Assembly: GCA_964520045.1 (NCBI GenBank)
Contig: CAZFMJ010000006.1
Span: forward strand, 1,390 to 65,389
Direction: 5' to 3'
DNA length: 64,000 nt
Origin: an uncultured Elusimicrobiales bacterium
GTDB taxonomy: Bacteria; Elusimicrobiota; Elusimicrobia; Elusimicrobiales; CAZFMJ01
Within the stretch, counting starts at the first letter, position 1; each line of letters opens with the position of its first letter. Shown here piece by piece: positions 19,179 through 27,830 of the stretch. A program made the position numbers and the translations under genes. The notes beneath the pieces were generated by a model that saw only the letters and a list, made by a program, of their open reading frames with translations, was not told where the DNA came from and did not search any database.

Positions 19179-19922
19179 ATGAATTTCCAAAACCTGGTTA
19201 ATGTTATAACCGAAACGCAGAAAAATCTGCAGGGGCGGGCTTTGCGCAGTGTCGACCATTTTTTGACCGTCCGCAACTGGCTGATAGGTTGTTACATTGT
19301 GGAATATGAGCAAAAGGGAAACGACCGCGCGCAATATGGAGAGCATCTGCTTGAAAAACTGTCTGCCGCGCTTTGCGGGGAAAAAATGCGGGGGATGTCT
19401 TTCAGAAGTCTTAAGCTTTTTAGACAGTTTTACTGCGTGTATCCTCATATTGGGCAATCAGTGATTGCCCAATTCAAGGCAGCGGATATCAGCCTTCCGG
19501 CGCCAATTGGGCAATCGCTGTCTGCCCAATTGAGTGCCAATCTCCTGTCGGGCGGAAGAAATCTTGTCCGGTTAAGACAACCGTCGGGGGACTGTGGCAC
19601 AAAACCCGAATTATTGCTGTGCCGCCTAAGATTTACTCATTTTGCCAGATTGCTGGCTATAGACGAACCGGTTCAACGTTCATTTTATGAAGTGGAAACT
19701 ATCAAAGGCAATTGGAGTGTGCGTCAATTGAAGCGTCAGATAGAAAGCCTTCTTTATGAGCGGACCGGCCTTTCAAAAAACAAGACGTCCCTTCTTGCCA
19801 AAGTTCATAATCAAAAAGACGTTCCCATGCCGGAGGATATCATTAAAGACCCTTATGTTCTGGAATTTACCGGCTTGCAGGAACGTTCTGAATATAGCGA
19901 AAATGATTTAGAAACTGCTTGA
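19179..19922 (+). CDS. YhcG/DUF1016 N-terminal-domain protein lacking the C-terminal PDDEXK nuclease domain
   Basis: NWLIGCYIVEYEQKG..RAQYGEHLLEKLS, FTHFARLL, SFYEVETIKGNWSVRQLKRQI, KDPYVLEFTGL...SENDLETA then a stop, at the point where full-length YhcG proteins begin the nuclease core. RBS ggagga. Confidence 0.7.
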   Translation: MNFQNLVNVITETQKNLQGRALRSVDHFLTVRNWLIGCYIVEYEQKGNDRAQYGEHLLEKLSAALCGEKMRGMSFRSLKLFRQFYCVYPHIGQSVIAQFKAADISLPAPIGQSLSAQLSANLLSGGRNLVRLRQPSGDCGTKPELLLCRLRFTHFARLLAIDEPVQRSFYEVETIKGNWSVRQLKRQIESLLYERTGLSKNKTSLLAKVHNQKDVPMPEDIIKDPYVLEFTGLQERSEYSENDLETA

Positions 19923-19944
19923 TGCCTAACGATATAAAATAAAT

Positions 19945-20979
19945 ATGGACGCCGTAAGACAAAATACCCTATATGTAATGACGCAGGGCGCATACCTGCA
20001 CCGCGACCACTTGACGGTCAAGGTCGAAATTGAAAAAGAGACCCGGCTAAGCGTGCCCATTCACCATCTGGAATCTGTTTCTATTTTCGGGAATGTTATG
20101 GTGTCTCCCGGCGTTATGCGGTTATGCGCTGAAAACGGCGCGGCAATTACTTTTATGAGCGAGACAGGCAGGCTTATTGCCAGAGTTGACGCTCCGCAGT
20201 CAGGCAACGTTTTGTTAAGGCGCGAGCAATTCCGCAAAGCTGATAAGCCGGAAGAGGCGTTAAAAATTTCCATCCGTATAATAGCCGGAAAACTGCAAAA
20301 TACCCGTTGTGTGCTTATGCGGACGGCGCGGCAGGTGGAAGACAGCGTGGATATATCGGTTTTAGATAAATCTGCCGGAGATATCGGCCATATAATCAAA
20401 AGACTTGAATCCGCGAAATCTATTGATGAAGCGCGTGGATACGAAGGCGAAGGCGCGCAGATTTATTTCGGAGTTTTCAATAATCTTATGAAACAGCAGA
20501 GGGATGATTTCAGAATAACAAACAGAAACCGCCGGCCTCCGCTGGATCCCGCCAACGCCCTTCTTTCTTTTTCCTATGCCTTGCTTCTGCATGACTGCGT
20601 TTCAGCGCTTACAGCGGCCGGGTTGGATCCGAATGTGGGATTTCTGCATGCGGACAGGCCGGGGCGTCCGTCGCTGGCGCTGGATTTAATGGAGGAGTTC
20701 CGGCCTATTATCGCCGACAGGCATGTGCTGTCTATGATAAACAGGAAGGAAGTCGATAAAGATTGTTTTGCTAAACGCGAAGGCGGAGCTGTGGAAATGA
20801 GCGATGCCGCCCGAAAAAAGGTGGTTTCCGCATATCAACAGCGCAAACAGGAGGAAGTCACGCATCCATTGCTTGAACAGAAAATGACGGTAGGAATACT
20901 GCCTTTCTGCCAGGCGCGGTTATTGGCCCGCTATATCAGGGGAGACATAGCTGAATATCCGCCGTGCGTGCTGAAATGA
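19945..20979 (+). CDS. cas1: Cas1 integrase (type I-C)
   Basis: About 344 aa with GYEGEGAQIYF, NALLSFSYALL and FLHADRPGRPSLALDLMEEFRP blocks. Confidence 0.95.
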   Translation: MDAVRQNTLYVMTQGAYLHRDHLTVKVEIEKETRLSVPIHHLESVSIFGNVMVSPGVMRLCAENGAAITFMSETGRLIARVDAPQSGNVLLRREQFRKADKPEEALKISIRIIAGKLQNTRCVLMRTARQVEDSVDISVLDKSAGDIGHIIKRLESAKSIDEARGYEGEGAQIYFGVFNNLMKQQRDDFRITNRNRRPPLDPANALLSFSYALLLHDCVSALTAAGLDPNVGFLHADRPGRPSLALDLMEEFRPIIADRHVLSMINRKEVDKDCFAKREGGAVEMSDAARKKVVSAYQQRKQEEVTHPLLEQKMTVGILPFCQARLLARYIRGDIAEYPPCVLK

Positions 20980-21266
20980 TTATTGTTGTAGGATACGATG
21001 TGAATACTGAAACGGCAAAAGGCAGACGCAGACTGCGGCGCGTGGCTCTTGCCTGTAAAGATTACGGCCAGCGGGTGCAGAAGTCTGTTTTTGAGTGCAG
21101 GGTGGGCGGCAATGAATGGGTAAAATTCAAAACCCGGCTTCTTGCTGAAATAGAGGAAAAAGAAGACAGCCTGCGCTTTTATTTTATAGATGAAGCCGCG
21201 CAAAGGCGCACTGAGCATTACGGTCTTGGCAGGCCGGTGGATTTGGACGGCCCATTGATTGCGTGA
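20976..21266 (+). CDS. cas2: Cas2
   Basis: MIIVVGYDVNTETAKGRRRLRRVALACKDYGQRVQKSVFEC...SLRFY. ATGA overlap with cas1. Confidence 0.9.
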   Translation: MIIVVGYDVNTETAKGRRRLRRVALACKDYGQRVQKSVFECRVGGNEWVKFKTRLLAEIEEKEDSLRFYFIDEAAQRRTEHYGLGRPVDLDGPLIA

Positions 21267-21454
21267 TAAAGCCTCCGCCAACCGGAAGCGGGCGCGGTTT
21301 GTGCTGGATTTGGCGGAACTTAAAAAAGACATGAAAAACAAAGATATTTATGGAATGTGTATGGGCGAATGGCTAAGGGTATTTGATTATTTCTATTGCG
21401 TTGGCGATTTTGGGTCAAATTTGTTTTATAGTAGCAAGATATTTTGAGTATGCT

Positions 21455-22204
21455 GTTTCTCCTCTCCGAAAGGGGAGGAGTGGATTGAAACTTATGATGG
21501 TTTAGACTATCTTAAGCCTCGGTTGAGTTTCTCCTCTCCGAAAGGGGAGGAGTGGATTGAAACGTTGAACCATACAAAAGTAAACGACTGAACAAAGGTT
21601 TCTCCTCTCCGAAAGGGGAGGAGTGGATTGAAACAATTAATTCCTGTTCCATAAAGAAATCATACAAAGTTTCTCCTCTCCGAAAGGGGAGGAGTGGATT
21701 GAAACCTCAATCTTCCTGTTCAGTGTGCTACTGGCGTATGTTTCTCCTCTCCGAAAGGGGAGGAGTGGATTGAAACTAAACAATCAATATTTGTATAAAC
21801 TTTACGACCGTTTCTCCTCTCCGAAAGGGGAGGAGTGGATTGAAACATATCGACAGAATACTTGTGTCGCAGGCGGCCGGAACGTTTCTCCTCTCCGAAA
21901 GGGGAGGAGTGGATTGAAACATATACGGAGCCGAAGATAATGCGACGTTTATGAGTTTCTCCTCTCCGAAAGGGGAGGAGTGGATTGAAACATATTGTTT
22001 CATCCTGAAGTGCTTTCGTTGATTTTGTTTCTCCTCTCCGAAAGGGGAGGAGTGGATTGAAACCGCAGACTTTCCTATAAGCTGGGAGTTGTTGAGGTTT
22101 CTCCTCTCCGAAAGGGGAGGAGTGGATTGAAACTGTGAAATTGCGTAGTCGGTATCTGGTATTAATTGTTTCTCCTCTCCGAGAGGGGGGGAGTGGATTG
22201 AAAC
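21455..22204 (+). CRISPR. CRISPR array, 11 repeats of 37 nt and 10 spacers of 33-37 nt; leader on the cas2 side
   Basis: Repeat GTTTCTCCTCTCCGAAAGGGGAGGAGTGGATTGAAAC starts at 21455, 21527, 21598, 21669, 21740, 21810, 21884, 21955, 22027, 22097 and 22168. The last repeat is degenerate (gagaggggggg). The GTGGATTGAAAC 3' end is I-C-like. Confidence 0.97.
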
Positions 22205-22219
22205 AGAAAAAAACAAATT

Positions 22220-22822
22220 ATGAATGAATTAAATTATTGGAAAAATAAATGGTCCGATAATCCGATTGAGCCATCGAATAGTTTTGCTATGCGGGCATAT
22301 ATTTTAATAAAAGCCAAGTTGTTAAAATCTCTGCTTGATTTAGGGTGTGGCGATGGCAGAGATTCAATTTATTTTTCTAACAAAGGCTTATCAGTTACGG
22401 CTGTCGATTTTTCCGAAAGCGGAATCGCTAAATTAAAAGCACAAAGGCAAAAAATAAAATGTATTGCCGAAGATATTAGAAATATAAATTTTCCAGAAAA
22501 TTCTTTCGATGTTATTTATGCTCATTTGAGCTTACATTACTTTGATGACAAAACTACAAGCAAAATTTTTGATAATTTATTCCGGATTTTAAAGAAAGGC
22601 GGATTAATCTTTGTAAAATGCAAGTCAGTCGATGATGCATTGTTTGGGAAGGGAGAAAAAGTTGGCGGGAATATGTACAAGAAAGGCCATATCAGGCACT
22701 TTTTTACAAAAGATTACATGACAGAAAAGTTGAAAAGTTTTATGATTATAAAAGTACGAAAAACGTCGTCGGTTTATCATGATTATAAGTCAGCTTTTGT
22801 TGTGGCAGTAGCGACAAAATAA
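22220..22822 (+). CDS. class I SAM-dependent methyltransferase
   Basis: Motif I LLDLGCGDGRDSIYF and post-I VTAVDFS, then ILKKGGLIF. Visibly AT-rich compared with its neighbours. Confidence 0.8.
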   Translation: MNELNYWKNKWSDNPIEPSNSFAMRAYILIKAKLLKSLLDLGCGDGRDSIYFSNKGLSVTAVDFSESGIAKLKAQRQKIKCIAEDIRNINFPENSFDVIYAHLSLHYFDDKTTSKIFDNLFRILKKGGLIFVKCKSVDDALFGKGEKVGGNMYKKGHIRHFFTKDYMTEKLKSFMIIKVRKTSSVYHDYKSAFVVAVATK

Positions 22823-22898
22823 ATAAGAACTTGCCGACAAACCGAGTGGAGATCGGGGGTGGTGTGTGGTTTTTTTCTATCCGGCGATTTCTTAATAG

Positions 22899-22962
22899 CC
22901 ATCTGGCAGTCCAACTGTTCAGCCGCCTAGCGGTCCAGCTGCCTAGCCGTCAAGCCGGTGAC
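22899..22962. repeat. stutter repeat (GTCCAGC/CTAGCCG words), homologous to the in-frame insert in purL
   Basis: gcggtccagctgcctagccgtcaagcc resembles the reverse complement of 38351-38429 (gcggtccagctgtctagctgcctcgccgtccagcc). Confidence 0.6.
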
Positions 22963-22965
22963 TTC

Positions 22966-25140
22966 TCAATGTCTGAAGTGGCGCACGCCTGTAAAGACCA
23001 TTGCGATATTATGTTCGTCCGCCGCCGCTATAACTTCCTTGTCTTTTATTGATCCGCCCGGCTCTATAACGGCCGTTGCGCCTATTTTCGCCGCTTCGTC
23101 GATCCCGTCCCTGAACGGAAAGAAAGCGTCCGAGGCGAGAGCTAAAACTCCGGCGGGTTTATTGTCTTTCATATACGCCTGATATTTTCTGCCGGCCATG
23201 TGGACGGAGTCGACCCGCGACATCTGGCCGGCGCCTATTCCCACCGTGTTATGCCTGTCCGCAAGAACTATCGCGTTTGATTTCACATGCTTGCAGACCG
23301 TCCACGCGAATTTAAGGGCTTGTTCCTCTTCTTTGGAGGGTTTGCGTTTTGTGACCGCATTCCACTCTTTGCCTAAAACTATCGAGTCGCGCTCCGTGAC
23401 AAGGGTTTCGTCGCCGGTCGAGCGCAGTATCCATTTGTTTCCGATCGGGGTTTTCCTTTCAAGCAGGCGGATGTTCTGCTTTTGGGATAAAATCTTTACC
23501 GCTTCGGGGTCGTATTCCGGAGCGGAGATAACTTCAACGAACCTTTTGGCGAGTATTTCCGCTATTTCCTTTGTGAATTTCCGGTTTACGGCTATAACTC
23601 CCCCGAAGGCCGACAAACCGTCGCAGTTCCACGCCCTGTTGAAAGCGTCAAGAAGGTTTTCGCCTTCCGCTATTCCGCACGGCGTAACGTGCTTAAAAAT
23701 AACCACGGCCGGTTTTTCAAGTTCGCAGACCGCCTCCCATGTTCCGTTCGCGTCAAGGATGTTGTTGAAAGAAAGTTCCTTGCCGTGAAGCTGGCTGAAG
23801 GAGGGGGAGCCTGAATCGGAATAAAGAGCCGCTTTCTGGTGGGGGTTTTCGCCGTATCTTAAATCCTGTATTTTTATCAGAGCGGGCTGGAACGTTTTGG
23901 GAAAAACTCCGTTATTTGAACTTTTACTAAACGCGTTGTGAATCATTGTGTCGTATTCCGCCGTATGGCCGAATGCTTCCACCGCCAGTTTTTTTCTGGT
24001 TTCTCCGCTTAGGCATCCTCCGGAAGACTCCATTTCCTTAATCACATTTTTGTATTCCGCGGGATTTGATATGACGGCCACGTCTTCAAAATTTTTTGCC
24101 GCGGCGCGCAGAAGGGCAACTCCGCCGATGTCTATTTCCTCTATGACTTTCTGCTCGAACGGCGATGCGGCGTTGGCCGCGGTTTTGGCGAACGGATATA
24201 AATTAACGGCAACAAGATCTATGGGCTCAAGTCCGAACCGCTCCGCTTCGGTCCGTTGGCGGCTGTCCTGCCTTCTGAAAAGTATGGCGCCGTGCACCAT
24301 AGGATGAAGCGTTTTGACCCGGCCCGAAAGTATTTCCGGAAATCCCGTCATGGATTCCAGCGGTCTTACGTTTATTCCGGCTTCTTTGAGCATTTTTGCC
24401 GTGCCGGAAGTGGAGACTATTTCCACGCCGAGAGCTGAAAGGCTTTTTGCAAATTCCGCCAAGCCGGTTTTGTCGGACACCGAAATAAGGGCGCGCTTTA
24501 CGGCGTTTTGCCGTTTCCCGCCGTGAGCCGTGATTTTTACCCTGCGGTTTTCCAGCTTCAGCCTGTCTTCGCAGAAAAGGCTTACGGCTCTTGGGTATAA
24601 AAGATGCTCCTGGGCATGCACTCTTTTTGCAAGGGTTTCCGGAGTGTCGCCTTCCAGCACAGGAACGCCGGCCTGAAGTATTATCGGGCCTGTATCGTAA
24701 TCCTTGTCTATAAAATGAACGGTGGCTCCGCTAAGGCGCGCCCCGGAAGCCAGCGCCGCCTCATGAACTTTCATGCCGTACATGCCTTTTCCTCCGAATG
24801 ACGGAAGGAGCGCCGGATGAATGTTCATTATATGAGGAAAACGGCTGAGCATTTGGTTTCCGAGTTTCAGCATGAATCCGGCGAGGCATATTAAATCAAT
24901 ATGTTTTTCAGAGCATAACTGCGTAAGTCTTTTGTCTAAATCTTCAGGGGAGGAATAATCCGCCGGAGTCAGGCAGACTGCCGGTATCCCCGCTTTTTCA
25001 GCCCGTTTAAGGGCTCCCGCGTCTCTGCGGCTGGAGACGACAAGCGCTATATTGCCGTTTATCCGTCCGCTTTGCGCGGAGTCTATCAAAGATTGAAGAT
25101 TAGTGCCTTCTCCGGAAGCAAATACCGCAATATTTTTCAT
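22966..25140 (-). CDS. purH: fused PurN-PurH: GAR formyltransferase (aa 1-~205) joined to AICAR formyltransferase/IMP cyclohydrolase
   Basis: N-terminus: IAVFASGEGTNLQSLID, NIHPALLP, HFIDKDYDTGPIILQ (PurN). From about aa 215: RALISVSDKTGLAEFAKSL...VKTLHP...FTGVRHFRH (PurH). One uninterrupted 724-aa ORF. Confidence 0.9.
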   Translation of the reverse strand: MKNIAVFASGEGTNLQSLIDSAQSGRINGNIALVVSSRRDAGALKRAEKAGIPAVCLTPADYSSPEDLDKRLTQLCSEKHIDLICLAGFMLKLGNQMLSRFPHIMNIHPALLPSFGGKGMYGMKVHEAALASGARLSGATVHFIDKDYDTGPIILQAGVPVLEGDTPETLAKRVHAQEHLLYPRAVSLFCEDRLKLENRRVKITAHGGKRQNAVKRALISVSDKTGLAEFAKSLSALGVEIVSTSGTAKMLKEAGINVRPLESMTGFPEILSGRVKTLHPMVHGAILFRRQDSRQRTEAERFGLEPIDLVAVNLYPFAKTAANAASPFEQKVIEEIDIGGVALLRAAAKNFEDVAVISNPAEYKNVIKEMESSGGCLSGETRKKLAVEAFGHTAEYDTMIHNAFSKSSNNGVFPKTFQPALIKIQDLRYGENPHQKAALYSDSGSPSFSQLHGKELSFNNILDANGTWEAVCELEKPAVVIFKHVTPCGIAEGENLLDAFNRAWNCDGLSAFGGVIAVNRKFTKEIAEILAKRFVEVISAPEYDPEAVKILSQKQNIRLLERKTPIGNKWILRSTGDETLVTERDSIVLGKEWNAVTKRKPSKEEEQALKFAWTVCKHVKSNAIVLADRHNTVGIGAGQMSRVDSVHMAGRKYQAYMKDNKPAGVLALASDAFFPFRDGIDEAAKIGATAVIEPGGSIKDKEVIAAADEHNIAMVFTGVRHFRH

Positions 25141-26108
25141 ATATTTTCGAGACGGACCTCAGGGGTGCCTTTTTTTATATGTCCGATTATTTTTGCCTGA
25201 GGCAGGAGCTTGAGAGATATAGCCGCGCTTTCGGGCCTGACCGCAATGACCATTCCTATGCCCATATTAAAGGTGCGCCACATTTCTTTTTCAGGGATAT
25301 TTCCTTTCTCCCGCAGTGTCAGCATGATGTCCGGTATTTTCCATGAAGAGGCGTCCAGCGCGGCGCAGCAGTTTTTAGGCAGGAATCTCGGCACATTTTC
25401 CACCAATCCTCCGCCCGTTATATGCGCCATGCCCAAAACATCGCGCCCCGCTTTTTTAAGCCCTTCGCGCAGTTTTTTTACGGCTGACACATAAATTATA
25501 GTGGGCGTGAGCAGTTCGCGCGCATATTTTTTAAGAAGGCTTCCTTTAAAGACTTTACGCACAAGCGAGTAGCCGTTGGAATGAAATCCCGAGGATGCCA
25601 GTCCCAGCAGAACATCGCCGGGCTTTATTTTTGTTCCGTCTATCGTTTCCGAATTTTTGACTATTCCCACGGAAAAACCCGCCAGATCATATTCGCTTTT
25701 TGCGTAAAAACCCGGCATCTCCGCGGTTTCGCCTCCCAGAAGCATGGAGTCGGCCTGTCCGCATCCCTCAAGGATTCCGTCCATTATCCGGCGGGAAGTT
25801 TTCATGTCCAATTTGCCGGAGGCGTAGTAATCAAGGAAAAAAAGCGGTTTTGCTCCGCAGGTTATAAGGTCATTAGCGCACATGGCCACCAAATCAATGC
25901 CTATGGTATCGTGCTTATCAAGCAAAAAGGCCAGTTTAAGTTTTGTTCCAACTCCATCCGTGCAAGCGGCAAGGCTGTATCCCCGCGCTTTGTCGCCGAG
26001 CGGAAAAAGTCCGGCAAAACCGCCTATGACCGGACATTTTTTCTGCAGGTAATCAACAAGGCTGTCTCCCGCTTTTGTGTCAACTCCCGAGTCTTTATAT
26101 GTCGGCAT
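25137..26108 (-). CDS. purM: phosphoribosylformylglycinamidine cyclo-ligase (AIR synthetase)
   Basis: [28 protein letters not shown] blocks. Confidence 0.95.
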   Translation of the reverse strand: MPTYKDSGVDTKAGDSLVDYLQKKCPVIGGFAGLFPLGDKARGYSLAACTDGVGTKLKLAFLLDKHDTIGIDLVAMCANDLITCGAKPLFFLDYYASGKLDMKTSRRIMDGILEGCGQADSMLLGGETAEMPGFYAKSEYDLAGFSVGIVKNSETIDGTKIKPGDVLLGLASSGFHSNGYSLVRKVFKGSLLKKYARELLTPTIIYVSAVKKLREGLKKAGRDVLGMAHITGGGLVENVPRFLPKNCCAALDASSWKIPDIMLTLREKGNIPEKEMWRTFNMGIGMVIAVRPESAAISLKLLPQAKIIGHIKKGTPEVRLENI

Positions 26109-26583
26109 TTTTTTTCGCTTTCTCCCTTATTGATTTTTCAGCGGTCCTGCGTTTTTCCGTCAAAACTTTTTCAAGATGTTTGTCGCTCAAGGCGAGCATC
26201 TGGGCCGCAAGAAGGGCCGCGTTTACCGCTCCGTCTATGGCGACGGTAGCCACGGGCACTCCGGAAGGCATTTGCATGGTGGAAAGAAGCGAATCAAGGC
26301 CCGAAAGCTTTGAGAAAAGAGGAACCCCTATTACCGGTTTTACGGTTTTTCCGGCTATTGTTCCGGCAAGGTGGGCGGCTCCTCCCGCTCCCGCGATATA
26401 AATTTTTACGCCTTTTGATTCGCACTCCGCCAGCAATTCGGCAAGCCAGCCGGGGCTTCTGTGAGCCGAGGATACCGTGCAAATATGCTCTATCCCAAGT
26501 TCAGTCAGCGTTTCCGACGCCTTTTCCATTACCGGCATGTCGGATTCGCTTCCCATAATTACCGCGACTAAAGGTTTTTTCAT
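26095..26583 (-). CDS. purE: PurE, class I-like N5-CAIR mutase
   Basis: [25 protein letters not shown]. No purK in the window. Confidence 0.9.
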   Translation of the reverse strand: MKKPLVAVIMGSESDMPVMEKASETLTELGIEHICTVSSAHRSPGWLAELLAECESKGVKIYIAGAGGAAHLAGTIAGKTVKPVIGVPLFSKLSGLDSLLSTMQMPSGVPVATVAIDGAVNAALLAAQMLALSDKHLEKVLTEKRRTAEKSIREKAKKNADI

Positions 26584-27830
26584 AAGATATCCTTTCTATA
26601 CTGCATTCCTTCAAAATGCACCAAAGACACGGCTTTGTATGCTTTGTCCCGCGCCTCTGAATGATTTTTGCCCCGGGCTGTTATTCCCAAAACCCTTCCT
26701 CCCGCCGTTACCCAATCGGCTCCTGATTTTTTTGTCCCGGCATGAAAGACCAGAGCATCACCGTTTTTAATATTTTCAAGGCCGCTTATAACCCTGCCGG
26801 TCAGGGGCTTTTCAGGATAGCCTTCGGACGCCAGCGCTATGCAGGCGCAGGACTGCTCATGGGTTTCTATTTTTATTTCGCCAAGCCGGCCTTCCGCGCA
26901 GAGTTTCATTATTTCAATAATATCCGTTTTTAGGAGCGGAAGCACCGCCTGCGTTTCAGGGTCGCCGAACCTGCAGTTAAATTCAAGCGTTCTCGGTCCG
27001 TCTTCTGAAATCATAACGCCCGCGTAAATTATTCCGCAGTAGTTCAGTCCGTCTTTTTTTATGCCCGCTATGAACCTGTCGAAAATTTCTGTTCTGATTC
27101 TTTCAAGGAGGACGGAGTCTATGTCCGGCACCGGCGAATAAGCGCCCATTCCGCCGGTGTTCGGGCCCAGATCGTTGTCAAGAAGACGCTTATGGTCCCG
27201 GCTTGCCGGAAGAAGCGCGTATGTTTTGCCGTCGCAGAATGCCATTATTGAGGCTTCCCTTCCGGTTAAAAATTCCTCGCAGACTATCGCTTCGCCGGAA
27301 TTTCCCAAAGTATGCGCCGTCATAAAATCATTTACCGTCCGCTCCGCTTCTTCTTTGTCCGTACATATTCTTACGCCTTTTCCGGCGGCAAGTCCGTCCG
27401 CTTTCAATACCGCGGGGAATTTCATGCGCTTTATTTGTCTAAACGCCTGTTCGGGGGACCGCCATACCGCCGACTGCGCGGCAGGGATGCGGTGCCTGTT
27501 CATGAAGTCTTTTGCAAAAGATTTGGAAGATTCCAGCCTTGCGGACGTTGATTCCGGACCGAAAACAGGTATGCCGTCTTTTTTCAGATAGTCGGCTATT
27601 CCTCCCGCAAGCGGAGCTTCGGGGCCGACCGCAGCGAGGTCTATTTTATTTGAACGGCAGAACGCTGATATCGCGGAAAAATCTTCGGGTTTTACGGGAA
27701 CGGATTCGGCAAGAGAGGAAATGGCGTCCGAACCCGGAGCGCAGTAAAATTTTTTAAGATTCGGGCTTTGCGATATTTTCCATGCCAGAGCGTGTTCCCG
27801 CCCGCCCGAACCGATCAAGAGTATGTTCAT
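26580..27830 (-). CDS. purD: phosphoribosylamine-glycine ligase
   Basis: MNILLIGSGGREHALAWK and ATP-grasp blocks; about 416 aa. Confidence 0.95.
   Translation of the reverse strand: MNILLIGSGGREHALAWKISQSPNLKKFYCAPGSDAISSLAESVPVKPEDFSAISAFCRSNKIDLAAVGPEAPLAGGIADYLKKDGIPVFGPESTSARLESSKSFAKDFMNRHRIPAAQSAVWRSPEQAFRQIKRMKFPAVLKADGLAAGKGVRICTDKEEAERTVNDFMTAHTLGNSGEAIVCEEFLTGREASIMAFCDGKTYALLPASRDHKRLLDNDLGPNTGGMGAYSPVPDIDSVLLERIRTEIFDRFIAGIKKDGLNYCGIIYAGVMISEDGPRTLEFNCRFGDPETQAVLPLLKTDIIEIMKLCAEGRLGEIKIETHEQSCACIALASEGYPEKPLTGRVISGLENIKNGDALVFHAGTKKSGADWVTAGGRVLGITARGKNHSEARDKAYKAVSLVHFEGMQYRKDIL

Noticed and set aside
21259-21447. 62-aa ORF covering the CRISPR leader
   Set aside because: It overlaps the cas2 stop and occupies the AT-rich leader. 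It has no RBS or recognisable domain, so the region is more parsimoniously the leader.
21725-22216. ORFs 21725-21940 (+) and 21776-22216 (-), which have internally repetitive peptides (SPLRKGRSGLK / HSSPFGEEKQ)
   Set aside because: They are translations of the CRISPR repeats themselves. The periodicity equals the 70-74-nt repeat-spacer unit.
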